Both the position numbers and the translations under genes were made by a program. Below the pieces are notes generated by a model. That model was not told where the DNA came from and did no database searches. It worked only from the letters and a program-made list of their open reading frames with translations. This document shows, piece after piece, positions 34,201 through 46,757 of a DNA stretch of 64,000 nucleotides (position 1 is its first letter; each line of letters starts with the position of its first letter). The DNA is from Naegleria gruberi (lineage: Eukaryota): the NCBI GenBank assembly GCA_000004985.1, contig GG738851.1. One strand, written 5' to 3'.

Positions 34201-36108
34201 CTTTCTTTCATATCTCGTGGGACATTCCTTAAATATGAAACAATAACCTGACAAAGGGATCTAAAATAGAAATTGAGAGTTTTGCTAAAACGTTTAGAGT
34301 TTTCTATGGTTTGATCCGTTGTATCTACATTAAAACTCTGCACTAACCCAGCCACTAATTTGTAGAAAAAGGTATTGAAAAATACTTTGATATTACTAGC
34401 AAAAAATTCCAATCTTTGAAGGGCATCACTTGCTTTAGTATTTGGCTGGCAAATGAATAGGCCATCTTGCTTCAAACAACTCGCAGAAAATAGATAAGCA
34501 AAGTCCTTGCGAACAAGGAATGAAATGTCATTAACAAATGTAGAACCAGTTAAGAAATGTCTGTAAACCACATCCTCATCTAGATCGTCTTGTGAAAGTG
34601 CCTCGACCCTCTTTTTTCTAGCTTTGAAATTGTCTCGTTGGTCATTATATAACCATTGTCCCAAAAAGAGAACGAGCTGTTCTTGTAAAGCATAGTCTGC
34701 TGTTTCCTTGCTAGCTACAGCAGTAAATAGAGGTTTCAATAAATGTTCAAAGAATAAAGAAATTTCCTTATCTGCCTCAGGCAATAAATGAAGAATTATC
34801 TTTTGATAGCATATTTCTCTTAATTTTCTATCTGAAGGATTCGAATAGCCTTGAGCTGCTGTTTTTAGTGGTGCCAGTAAAGGCTTTAGCAATAATGCAA
34901 GCCTTCCTTTAGCATGTATTTTGCTATGTGAGCTCATTAACTGTATGAGCATGGTCCAACTATACTCGATACACTCACATACAAGCATATTATTTACAAT
35001 TTCCATAGTTTTAGAGGATTGGGAAGAACTTGCTTGAGAATCCTCAGATCTTAGTGCTAACTTAGGTTTGATAATTTCATTAAGGTTTGAAAGTACATTT
35101 TCTTTTGAAATATTTTTCTGTAAAAAGTAAAGAATATATCCCCAGGCTTTGAATCCTATAATTTGTTGTCTATTTGTTATTTCAGGCAGAATCTGGTTCC
35201 AATTCAACGTAGCTCCATTATTATTTGTGATGGCCTTTAGCTGTATTTGAGTAGTTTCATAGACTGGAACAGTTAGATTTTGTTTAAGCATTTTTTGATA
35301 ATCCTCAATTGAAGCTAATAAACTTTTAGATATTTCCGCTAAATCTCTTTCTGATATTTTGAATTTAGTATTATTACTGAAAGGTAGCATGTTTTTAAAG
35401 ACAGTTAACTCTGTAATCCTCTCAGCTGCTACACAAACACTACAAAAATGAGATAAAACGATAGATATCTTACTTACGTTTTGTGAGGTGACACAAGACA
35501 TTCGATTACATCAACAAACCATATCGATACAAATTTTGCTGAAATCTCTTGCAATTGATTCAAAAGTACTAACAGAGTATTCAAAGCTTCTGCAGTTGTG
35601 ATGTAATTTTGGTATGGATTCTTTATACCAACATGAATTGAGTTGAAAATATCATTTGAATGAGGCTCAATCACATTATATCCAACTTGTGACGAGAATC
35701 TCTGAACACCCAAACACCACACTGCTAGTGACAAGGACTTTTTCGATAAATTTGTTTGTTTTACCACAATTCTGAAAAATCTTTCTACATGAACCGAGGA
35801 GTACTGTTTAGAAATGGTTTCGTGATGAGCCAAAAATCCGTAGCAAGTAAATACTGTTGGGTTACTATCATGATAAATTAGTATACATCATACAATTAAA
35901 TCAAAACATACGTTTCTCCAACTTCAATTTCACTCTCCAGAATGTCTAAAAACCTATCCAAATTATCCGAAACAAATTGAAGTATTATTTTCGAATTCTT
36001 CTTCAATAGAGTTAATAATTCTTGAAATAAATCTGCATTTTCTCCTGAACGATTCTCCAAGTTGGTGAGCAACTCTTGAATAATTTGTTTTTCCGATTTT
36101 GTTGCCAT
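31213..36108 (-). CDS. RIF1: RIF1-like protein (HEAT/ARM-repeat N-terminal region, C-terminal SILK- and RVxF-type PP1-docking motifs), 4 exons, ~1590 aa
   Basis: join(31213..33705,33744..35439,35478..35864,35912..36108), complement. Introns are 47, 38 and 38 nt with GTATGT/GTAAGT/GTGAGT donors and ATAG/TGTAG/GAAAG acceptors. All keep phase. C-terminus 'PILKKSPIRP...KKKQVRFVSDHN' aligns with metazoan RIF1 'SILK...KVRRVSFADP'. Confidence 0.65.
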
Positions 36109-36970
36109 TGGATTTAGTTATTGTGTACACAATAGTGATGATGATAATATGATCACAATGGTAAAAATAAAGCCTTCGGCAAATGATCTTGCTATGGTTG
36201 CCTATCGTTAATATTAAAGGCTTTAACGTTAATTTTTTTAAATTTGTTTGGAATGGCGCCAAACTATTCATTTTCTAATGTTTTGTGGAAAAATCCACAT
36301 TGACCAACATTAAAGAGAAAACATGTTGGTTTTCACTTCAAATATTTGCTGATGAACACATCCTATTTGTTGCATTACATCAAGAAGTAATTTCCTTTGA
36401 ATTAAGAATGAAATAATATTTGCAATTTTTTAAAAAATGTTTTCCAAGAGATTCTGTTCTGGACTTGTTAAGAGCAATTTGTTCACTTCATCGGTGAAGA
36501 GAGGAGGTGCCGTGATGCAAAAATCACAATTTTCATCAGCTATGATTTCTATGAGTGCTACTAATAGGTATGTTTTGGAGTTATTTGTACGGAGGATATC
36601 AATGTGTGGTGGATTAATTATGTGTAGTATTTTGAATTTGGAATCCAATGTTACATCACTTACAAGTGTAAGAAAGGCTTCATCTTCATCATCATCTTCT
36701 CTTCGTGTTATTAGAATTGGTACTAGCGGAGTGACCACATCTATTTCTTGCCTTCTCAACTCGGATGATGATGGTGTATAATGAAACGCAATATATTCAA
36801 TTCAATAATAATTAATAGATTCAATGAATCACTAGTTTTCTTCCGATTTTTATTTCCCATCTCCTTTATTTCCTTCTTTTTCATCATTAATAAAACTATT
36901 TGGTTATCAATTAATTTAATAAGGATTTTAGAATGATGATAATATATAATTTAAATAATAGTTTTATGAT

Positions 36971-39900
36971 TTATTCAACAAGCTTTCTTAAATTAATTAT
37001 TTGCATTCCGATACCCACAACAATAATTCTGTAAAAGTTCTCTTCTTCCACTACGTGCATATTGGAAATATCACAAACCTCACTCATGCAACTGGCAACA
37101 ATCTCAAAAGCATCTTCTGTTGAGGAAATTTTGTACATATTCAATCTTTGATCGATACTAATGGAAATGATTGAATTCTTTCCATTCGTATAGATACCAC
37201 TCACAGCAGAGCTGTGTACTGATTCAATATGCATGTTTCTAAGAATTTCTAAAGAATCATTTTCATATTTCAATACTGCCAAATTGACCGATTGGTCGTC
37301 TCCTCCTGTGGCAATATGAATGGTGTTTGGATTTTCACTTAATGCAATGCTTATGCAATTTACACCAGATTGGTGAACTTCACATTCAAAGAATGGTTGA
37401 ATGACAGTCAAATCGCTGCTGGAAAATTCTGGAATTCTAAAGCAGTAAATCTTTCCATTTGTTGATCCAGAAAATAATAATCTAGTATTGCCGATGACAA
37501 TAGAAGACAATGACATGACTGGACCAGTGTGAGGTGAGCTACATCCAAGAGGTTTGAGTTGAGTCAATTGATTTTCTGTTTTGAAAATCTTAATTAAGCC
37601 ATCACTACTTCCTGTGAAAATTATCAATTCCTTATCGTCTGTAGAAAATGTTTCCAAAGCTAAAATTCTAAAGTTAATAACATCCATTCTAGTCTTATTC
37701 TTTACCAAGTAGCTTTTCGAAGTGTCAATTTCTGTAGTTTCCTTTCTGAGAATGTGATCATTATAAATTTGAGGATGGAAGAGTGGGAGATATTGCTTTG
37801 TCAGTCCAATATTTAATAGCGTACCAGAAGTTATTGTAGAGTACCCTTCACTATCGACGTGTTCTTCAAGTCTCCAAATAATTAATTGTTCCTTTCCACC
37901 ACCTGAAATAAGAATATTGGAATTGTCTTTTGATAAAAGTTAGCCAAATAATCTTAATATTTTACAACTTACTATTTCCAGAAATATTGGCCAAAACAAG
38001 TTCCTTGACACTACTTTCGTGACCATTAAGAATGGACATGGTATTCAAAGACAATGAAAGTGATTCATCTTCTTTAGGATAGGAAAGTAATCTAATTTTT
38101 GTATCTTCGCTGGAAGTGAGTATTCTGAGACTTCCATCATTCGATTTCCAATGAATAGCATTCAAAACTTCTCTACCATGGAATTGAGTGAATGGAGTTT
38201 GATTCTTGAAGAGTGTGAGGGAAGATTCTTGCTTTTCTCTGAAATGCTGAATTTGAGAGTCTCTGAAGAATGAAGCAGAAAAACATAATTGATTAGTTCC
38301 ATAAATATCTGAATAATCCAAGTTGTAAATTCCCCTGGAGGCTCCACATTGGCAAGAAGCAACTCTAAACCTCTTGGAGTAGTTATATACAATAAAGTGG
38401 GCTCCATAGAAACCTAGTAAAATAATTTCTGTTTCCTTCTTGTTGAATGATGAGGCTGGAATAGTATCAACAAAATCAGCACATCCAACAAGTAATTTGT
38501 AATCTCCTGTTGTTTCAACCTTCTCGATCACGTACACTTTATCCATTATTGGTATGATACTCTTCATCTTTTCTTGACCGTGCTTTACAAGTGAAAGCAA
38601 GCCATTTTCATCCTCAACCATATCATAAAAGCAAATAGTTCCGTCCCTTCCAACAGAGTAAATATTATTCCTATTAATAAACTTAATGTCACAAACTTGG
38701 TCTGTGTGTGATTTTACCAAAAATTCAGGGGAATATTCTTGGATAGTATCATTCACTCTCAAAATGTGAACAAATCCATTATCATCTCCTGTTAAGATAA
38801 TTTTCTCATCTCTTACAGCACACATTGTTTGGACTTTACCTTTCATAGTATATTGTGCACCTTCCTCGATTGTAAGAATATGTTCAATTGGTACCATTCT
38901 CATACACTTTACAATACCCATAGGTGACGTAAAATAGAGACTGAATGTAGAGTCTAAGTTGGTTACCCAAAAGATGGAGAGAATTCTTGTACCGAAAGGA
39001 GAAAACTTGACCCTTAATTCATTAGTCTTTAAATCAATAATCAAGCAATTACCATCAGAGCTACCTATTGCCAAAAAATTTCCACATGGAGAACATTTGA
39101 TTACTGTAAGCAATGTGTTTTGACTCAGGGTTGAGCTAATATTGAAAACTTCTCTATGTTGTCCTAATAACATATTAATCTCAAAAACTATACCTCGTTT
39201 TGTTCCTACATAAACAAGGTGATTATTTGCATGCATACAACGAACCATATCGGCTTGCTTTTTCAAAACTGCTGTATTCATGTTTGGTAAAGTGAGAGTT
39301 TCATGAACAACAGCAAAGTCCTTAATACGTTTGAGAGACCATAATTTTACAGAGCTGTCTCCTCCACCACTGGCTATTATTTGCTCATCTCTATCGACAT
39401 CAACTCTCCAGACATTTCTTCCAATGTGGCCTTGTAGTGTACTGACACAATTTCCTTCATAATCCCAAATTCTAATTGTGGCATCTTCACTTGCAGAGAC
39501 AATAAAATTTTGAGTGAATTTACAATGCCAAACTCTTGCTGTATGCCCAAAAAATGTTATACTCTTGTAGGAGAATTTTTCTCCAACTTGGCCTGTATTA
39601 CTGAATGGTTTTTCATCAAATTTCCACAGTATCAGAGTTCTATCATCCGATGTTGAGCATAACATTTTGCCATCTTTAGCCCATTCAACATGGAACAAAA
39701 CACCATCGTGACCTTTAAGAGTAATTACTGTATCCTTTGTGTTAAATTTGGCATTCCAAACAATTACTTGATTGAAAACGGTACCAGAAGCAACGTCAAC
39801 TCTATCAATAATATCATTTACAGTTGAAATTGGATTTTCAGATTGTGACATGAATAATGACATGGAGTAGAGCAAACAATTAGGGTAAGATCTGAAAGAT

Positions 39901-40505
39901 GTTAAAATTGTTAATGAAAAATTCTCTTCAATAGTTGTCAAATGTTTCATTTCTCCAAAAGGGTTGAGATTTTTCAAATCAAATGATATAACTTCTACAA
40001 AATTGTGGGCATAACCGAGTGCCAAACATCTAGAAGAATTATCCAGTGATAGAGTAGTATCAATCACGTCCAAAATCCAATCACACATTTCACCATAATT
40101 TGCTACATAGCAAGACACCTCTTCTTTACCATTATTTTCTTCAATTTTCAATTGAACTATTTTCAATCGTTTTTGTCCAAACACAATCAAATTTTCACAC
40201 AAATTATTTCCACTTGTCTCTTGTTGTTCAATTTCCAAAAATTTAATTCCCTTTATACTTCCTCCCTTTTCAAAAAGTTTTACTCTATACAATTCCCTTC
40301 CCGAATATGCGTTGAAAATATGAAGATTAGGTCCTATTCCTGCATATAAAATTGAACTATTCGAACGAGAAAAACAAATACAATGTATTGGACCCATATA
40401 AATTTTCTTATCAAAAATTGACACCTCCGAACGAAGACTATACTCCTTGTACTGGTTATTTTCATCTGAATTGTGCAATAAATTGCCTGATGATGATTGC
40501 GTCAT
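36971..40505 (-). CDS. WDR6-like WD40-repeat protein (tRNA 2'-O-methyltransferase partner), 2 exons, ~1155 aa
   Basis: join(36971..37902,37973..40505), complement. 70-nt intron (37903..37972, GTAAGT..TTTCAG). Multiple WD40 units ('..GHDGVLFHVEW..', '..SASEDATIRIWD..', '..GGGDSSVKLWS..'). Confidence 0.7.
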
Positions 40506-40739
40506 TTTTTCAATTTCTTCTTCAAATTACTGAATGCACTTTTCATCATGAATACGTTCATTAAAAATTCAATGAAAATATTATCATCGGAAACATTAAG
40601 AAATAATCATCTGATGGTTTAATAATGGTCAATCCTAATTGATTGTTTGATCCAGAGTCTCCTCTATTAATTAATATCTGAATTTCACTCTCTTCTCTGC
40701 CATAATGATTGAAACTCTGCTTTTAATTTGAATAAAAAA

Positions 40740-43379
40740 ATGTTGAATTTATTCAAGAAGAAGATTACCTATCATGCCACATCTGGTTTGGTTGCATCTT
40801 CTTCATCGCCGACGAGTGCCCTATTGTTTGGCAGTGGTGCTAATACAACAGTAACGAATAATATTCTTCTGCCATCAATAGTCAACAATAACAACAGTGG
40901 GACAACAAGAGGCTTTAAACAAAAGTTTGGTAGAGTTTCATCATCCAACAATACGGAAGATAAACAACAACAACATTCATCTCAACATGGATTTTCTACT
41001 AATAGTGGTGAAACAAGACAACCAACATCTAAAAAACCATTCAAGTCTAATTTCCAACAAAATTCCAACAATCATCACAACAAACCACACCACCAGAAAT
41101 CACAACAAAATTATAAGGAAAAACATTCAAACAATACCACTTCTACCACATCTTTCCTAAAAGACCATCACGAAGAACCATCAAGAAACTTTAAATTCAA
41201 TAATAACCAACAACATTTTGATAAGAGTCAAAGAAAAGGAGGATTTAATAAGAGAGATGATAAAGCTCAATTTCAACATCACAAAAAGCATAATATGGAA
41301 AGGAAACCAAAGAAACAACAGTCAGAAACTCCTTTACCCGATGTTGTTTCTAATGTTGAAGAGCCTATCAAAGAGGAAAAGAAAAGTTTTGTTGCTCTCA
41401 ATTATGACGATATTGATATGAACCTTAAAGGTGAAGATGAAACACACCAAACATCTGCAAGTGATGTCTCTCCTTTCTATGAAGGGAATGAACATTCATC
41501 TGAATTCACACCTTTCACAAAAGAATTGGAAATTAATGTAGACATTTTATTGAAACGAGTTTTAGAAAAGGTCAAAACACAAAATGCTGTAGAAATTGAT
41601 AAGGAGAAAGATGGTCTTTCTTCACTTCTCAGAGCTACTGATTCTGCAATCAAGGAAGAGGATGACGATATTTTCCAACCACGTGATTTTAGTCTTATCG
41701 AGGAAACTGATGAAGCAGAAGAAGAACAAGATTTTGTTGGAAAGAAATATGATACACTTCATAAGAAACCACTAGAATTGAAGAAGAAAGCCTCTCGTGA
41801 AAAGGAAGAATTCAGTGAAAAACAAAGTGCTGAAGTACTGACAAATGCCAAATACATTCCATCTGTGGGTATAAAATATAGAAGTAAGAATAATGATGAA
41901 TCACTTCCAGCTCTTCACAAATACCTAGTTGATTTTGGAGATTCAGAATACTTGCAATTGGCTGAAACTCATCCATCTGAAAAGATGTATGTCGGAGATT
42001 CAGATATTAATCAAGTACCAACTTTGAAAAATGGGCTCAATAGAGTTTTAACTTCACCTGGTGTACACAGAATGTATGATGGTAAAACTAAAACTCATTT
42101 CTTCCATCCATACATGAGACAACTCCACAAACCAGAAGAAATCAACTTTAATAATTTGACACCTTTCATTCCACCATCCCAAGATACTACCCTCCACAAA
42201 TTAATGGATCAAAATCCTTGCAGATATCAATCATCAACAAGTTCCATAACCTCACCTCTGGTTTCCCTCTATCTTGCACTCTCTAACTACAAACCAACAA
42301 GAGCAAGAAATTTGGAAAATTTCAAATATCTTACAAGCTCATTCACTCCTGCTGTTCGTAAGCCAGTCGTTTTTATTCTTCGTCCAAAGCTTTCCAAACT
42401 CGGACATACTTTCTACTCAATAGATTCATACAAATTCCTTTTTGAGCCTCGATCAAATCAAATTTTGATGGACCTTGGTAAAGTAATGGAAAAGCTTTTT
42501 GTTATGGAACCAGAAGATTTTGAAAAGAGATTTGTTAAACAATATTGTGGAGAAGAACAAACAGTAGAAGATGAAGAAGTATACAGATACCTTCGCCACG
42601 GAAGTTTCCTTTTGAGATCACAGTTGGATTGTTACCATCCTCAATATGGTGTTTTTGATATTAAGACAAGAGCAACAAATCCAATCAGAATCAACATGGA
42701 AAAATATCAAAAATTCACAAACATCAAACTGAAGATGATTAAGGGTAACTATAACTCATACGAAAGAGAATTTTATGATATGGTTAGGTCTGTATTCATA
42801 AAGTATAGTATGCAGGGTAGAATTGGTGGCATGGACGGCATGTTCTTGGCCTATCACAATACTGTCGAACTTTTTGGTTTTGAATACATCAAGTTGGGCG
42901 AAATTGACAAACATGTATTCGGTAGTCCACATATGGCAGAAAGATTCTTCAGTCTTTTACTCGATTTATTAGGTGAAGTTTTGGATAGAATTACTGAAAA
43001 ATTTGCTGGTCAAGCTCTCAAAGTAACTTTCCGTCCAGTTAAAGTAGAACCATACTTTATTGACATTTTTGTTGAACCAGTACATGGTGATTTAGGATGG
43101 AATGAAAGAAAGCCAACAGAAGAAGAAAAGATGAAATGGGAGTCTGATCGATTCAATGCTAATCCATTCGCTGACATGATAGAAGATACTGTTTATTGTT
43201 ATCGTTTATCATGCCAACCAATGGTAAATGGAGCTGTTTGCAGAAACTATGTCGAATTCAAGGAAGAAGACAAGGTTGACATTTTGTACTGTTTGGAAGA
43301 AATGGGTGATACCACAACTGACAAATTCTTATTGAATGAGTACATTCTCACTTTAAAGAAGGCCTTCTTTGTTGAATAA
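40740..43379 (+). CDS. Pet127-like protein (mitochondrial RNA 5'-end processing, PD-(D/E)XK-like core) with long N/Q/H-rich N-terminus
   Basis: C-terminal ~450 aa contain the conserved block '...CYHPQYGVFDIKTRATNPIRINMEKY...GMDGMFLAYHN...'. The N-terminal 400 aa are low-complexity. Confidence 0.55.
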   Translation: MLNLFKKKITYHATSGLVASSSSPTSALLFGSGANTTVTNNILLPSIVNNNNSGTTRGFKQKFGRVSSSNNTEDKQQQHSSQHGFSTNSGETRQPTSKKPFKSNFQQNSNNHHNKPHHQKSQQNYKEKHSNNTTSTTSFLKDHHEEPSRNFKFNNNQQHFDKSQRKGGFNKRDDKAQFQHHKKHNMERKPKKQQSETPLPDVVSNVEEPIKEEKKSFVALNYDDIDMNLKGEDETHQTSASDVSPFYEGNEHSSEFTPFTKELEINVDILLKRVLEKVKTQNAVEIDKEKDGLSSLLRATDSAIKEEDDDIFQPRDFSLIEETDEAEEEQDFVGKKYDTLHKKPLELKKKASREKEEFSEKQSAEVLTNAKYIPSVGIKYRSKNNDESLPALHKYLVDFGDSEYLQLAETHPSEKMYVGDSDINQVPTLKNGLNRVLTSPGVHRMYDGKTKTHFFHPYMRQLHKPEEINFNNLTPFIPPSQDTTLHKLMDQNPCRYQSSTSSITSPLVSLYLALSNYKPTRARNLENFKYLTSSFTPAVRKPVVFILRPKLSKLGHTFYSIDSYKFLFEPRSNQILMDLGKVMEKLFVMEPEDFEKRFVKQYCGEEQTVEDEEVYRYLRHGSFLLRSQLDCYHPQYGVFDIKTRATNPIRINMEKYQKFTNIKLKMIKGNYNSYEREFYDMVRSVFIKYSMQGRIGGMDGMFLAYHNTVELFGFEYIKLGEIDKHVFGSPHMAERFFSLLLDLLGEVLDRITEKFAGQALKVTFRPVKVEPYFIDIFVEPVHGDLGWNERKPTEEEKMKWESDRFNANPFADMIEDTVYCYRLSCQPMVNGAVCRNYVEFKEEDKVDILYCLEEMGDTTTDKFLLNEYILTLKKAFFVE

Positions 43380-44030
43380 ATTTCTTCGAATCACCATTAA
43401 TGTAACTCTGCCTTTACTATCCATGCAATTATTTAATTTCATGTTATTGGAGATAGTTATGCTTGATTAGCATGATTCTTAAATGAATGATGTTTCTTTC
43501 CAAATTTATCAAGAGATGATTTTGAAAGAGAATCATTACAAAGAAAACTCTTCACCATAGCTCTAGCAATTTAAAGACATTCGTCATATTCATCAGATTG
43601 CAATCTCTCCACTATACCTCATCACCACTTGTAATTTCAATTGAAAAAAACCAACACTATTCTACAAGCACAACATCTAAACAAAACATTCGTGTTCAGT
43701 CAAAGCACTGCAGTTCAACACCAGAAATTTGCATCGACTACAGCAATCATTTATATTCATCCCTGCAGCGGACTTGTCCCGAATTAACCTTGAACAAAAG
43801 TTGTTGCGAAATCTTCTTGTACTGTTGTGGTGGCATTTTATTGTTTTAAGGACCTTTAAAAAACAAAACAACAACAACACCAATAACATCTTAAAACACA
43901 CCTTATAACGGTTGAAATCTTTGCCTCCTCAAGATTTTGTCCACTCTACAAGTGCGTAGTCTCAACCAATTCTTAATAGCAAAATTCCAATATCATCGTT
44001 TGATCATTTAATTATATATAATTCTTTTGA

Positions 44031-45099
44031 ATGTTATCATCTCCAAGTGCTTCATCTTCACCTAAGGGACTTGAAGTTTATAATTTCAATTCACTGTTGG
44101 AATCTTCAACACTCTCTCCCAGAGGAAGTTGTGTTAGTTCGGATGCAGAGTTTGTTCATCACTTGATTCAACAACATTTGGATATTAGTTCTCCCTCCAC
44201 ACCATCAAGTCACCATCAACAGCAAGCAACAACGAGACAGAGAGCTTCCTCTCTTCAGCCACTCCCTCAGAAACCTTCCTATATTCCACTCTCTCCATCT
44301 CATCAGCATTTTCATCTGCTGATGAGTGGTAGACAACAACAGCCCAATACTCTGCCACCTATTGAGGTAAACTCTCCAACCTCTAAACAATCCTCTTGCT
44401 TTGATAATGGAGGGTTATTCCAGAAGAAACCTCTTCAAATGCACTCTGCTAATCCTCAAACAATGATTAAGGAAAAACTCAAATTTCAATTGCTAGATGT
44501 TCAAAAGGCAAATTGCAACACAACCACAATGAGACAATCACTTTCTGCAGACAATTTCAACGCCAAACAGACAATGCCACTCACTGCAAGAAATAAGAAG
44601 GCTGATAAGGAGTGGGATAATCAAAAACTTGTTTGTTCACCTCCAACTGTTACTAGTAGTTGGGTAGCTCCATTAAAAGATAAACACTCGCCTGATGGAT
44701 CACCAACTACTAATCAAACCAATACATTTCACAGATGGAATCAACGTATGGATAAAAAGTTGAGAGATTTAGAGTTTCACTATTCTGGTGGTCCTACCAG
44801 AGTTTGTCATATGAAATATCTCAATGATCCCAATACAGAAGTGAGACTTCCATTCAAGATTGACACGGAAATGCCTTCTGAGATTGTGGCTGAAGTGAAA
44901 CAACCACAAAAGAAAAAGAAGAAAGATAAGGCTAGGTTGATTGAAAAGTAAGTAGCAGCTTGTTTCAAATTGTATTAATTGAATTATTAGGAAATTAGAA
45001 AAATCCAAAATGGAAACTCAAAAAGCATTGGAAGAGATGGAGAGAAAACGAGAGCAATTGGAATTTTTACATCTTTTAGCCACTAGGTCTGTAGACTAA
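44031..45099 (+). CDS. Ser/Pro/Gln-rich hypothetical protein, 2 exons
   Basis: join(44031..44947,44991..45099). 43-nt intron (44948..44990, GTAAGT..TTATTAG). Exon 2 encodes 36 stop-free codons ('KKLEKSKMETQKALEEMERKREQLEFLHLLATRSVD*'). Confidence 0.5.
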
Positions 45100-45703
45100 A
45101 GTTGAAATTTGCCAGTATTGAACTGGCTTTGAGAAACTCAAAGATACGGTCGGTAATTTGTTCTAAGAGAATATTCATCACTCAAAGAACCATGCACAAA
45201 ATGCTTGCTCATAGTTCGAGCAAAATTAATTTGTACAAATTTGAAAGAAAATTGTCTAAGTCGTAAAAAAAGTCAATTTACTCGCAACAAAATCGATTCA
45301 AAGTTCACTGGTCACGACAATCAACCCACAATCGATTCAAAGTCGATCCAATTCTTGTTTTAATTGCTTGCACAGTGTGGAACTATTATCAAATAGATTT
45401 CTAAAGAACTTGGAGAGAAATAAAGGGGTACACATTAAAAAATTCAAAAGCACCTACAGTTCTGCCGCGTCAAGAATAATTTCCATGCATACGAAATTCA
45501 AATTCTTTTATTTTACCTTAACAAGATACGTTTCCTGAAGGTCATTGCTAACTGGCCAAAGTGCAGTGAACCGAAACTTTATAGACCTCGTATCTCAGGT
45601 GTTTAAAAAATATTGTTACAACATCAGAATTCATGATTAAAGGAAATGGGACCAGCGCAAAACATGTGTTCCCTTAATGATTTTCTTTAAAACTAAAATG
45701 GAA

Positions 45704-45775
45704 GGGGACCAGTGGGAATCGAACCCACGGCCTCTCGCACCCAAAGCGAGAATCATACCACTAGACCATGGTCCC
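45704..45775 (-). tRNA. tRNA-Pro (anticodon TGG)
   Basis: Reverse complement GGGACCATGGTCTAGTGGTATGATTCTCGCTTTGGGTGCGAGAGGCCGTGGGTTCGATTCCCACTGGTCCCC folds as a canonical cloverleaf. Anticodon loop is TTTGGGT. Confidence 0.9.
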
Positions 45776-45959
45776 TTACATGAAAGGTCAATTATTTTAT
45801 AAATTCCTGCCAAAAGGAGGGTGGTGAAAATCCATTTGCCTTTTTCGACCTGTGCATTGGTATGTTCTTTTTTGTGTCATTTGCTATCAGCTAGGGATAT
45901 TCAGTTAAATGCAACCGTTTCACAACTAAACACTGCCCAATAATTGTCAATTGAATTAT

Positions 45960-46700
45960 TTATTCCTCAATAAACCGATGAAGTTTAATGAACTCGACTT
46001 CCTTGCACAATTCATGTTTAAATGGTACCTCATCTCTACCATATTCAACAAGTTGACAATTAGTCATGTAGTGTTTAACCAATGCAGTAGAGACATGAAA
46101 AACAACACAGGAAACTGTTTTACATCCTCCAACTTTACCAATTTTCATCAAAGTTTCAATAATCATTGGAGCAAAACCACGTTCCTCACCATCTTGTCCC
46201 CATTTAAACATTGTTCCTCTTTCAATGTTTTCAGATTTAGCCAACATTCCAAAATATAAAGTTCCAGATCCATCCAAATCATGTGTTGTAAATTCCAAAA
46301 AGATACTTCCAATTAATTCTGTTTCATCTCTATAAAAACAAACAATTCCAGCACACTTTTCTGAATCGTGATGAGTACTTTGAATTAATTGTTGCACCTC
46401 CGAATCAGAAGTTCTCTTTCTCTCTTCTCCCAACTTGAAGGCGTGTCCTTCCTTACGGTAGGCAAGATTTACCATCTCTCTAATTGCACTATATTGTTCA
46501 GGAATGGCCAATCTAAAAGATAATTTACTTGTGGAGGTCTTATCAGGAAGCACCATCAGTGGTTGAAAATCCGAAAGTACTTGTGAGACTTTATTATCAT
46601 CCCAAAATTGTTTAAAACCTAAATATTTTCACATTGATTAGCGTGTTAACTCACAACGGAAAATCAACATACTCTTATTAGTGGTTGATGGTGTAGCCAT
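45960..46700 (-). CDS. GNAT-family N-acetyltransferase, 2 exons
   Basis: join(45960..46618,46673..46700), complement. 54-nt intron (GTATGT..TATTTAG). Exon 1 'MATPSTTNK'. GNAT motif A region 'GIVCFYRDETELIGSIFLEF...'. Confidence 0.65.
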
Positions 46701-46757
46701 TTTTTTGTAATTGGCGTGCAATATCTGAGGTGAAGTGGAGTTTTTTACTCCTCGGAG

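Noticed and set aside
36430-36781. Mutually overlapping ORFs on both strands (36437..36781 + and 36430..36759 -) between the RIF1 and WDR6 genes
   Set aside because: Neither has a recognisable domain, and the two exclude each other. The region is the shared 5' intergenic/promoter zone of two minus-strand genes, so it is not called.
45291-45343. Direct repeat of 'aatcgattcaaagt' (45291..45304 and 45330..45343) downstream of the tRNA-Pro gene
   Set aside because: Only two 14-nt copies in an AT-rich intergenic region. There is no further structure or conservation, so it could be chance or a minor regulatory element.
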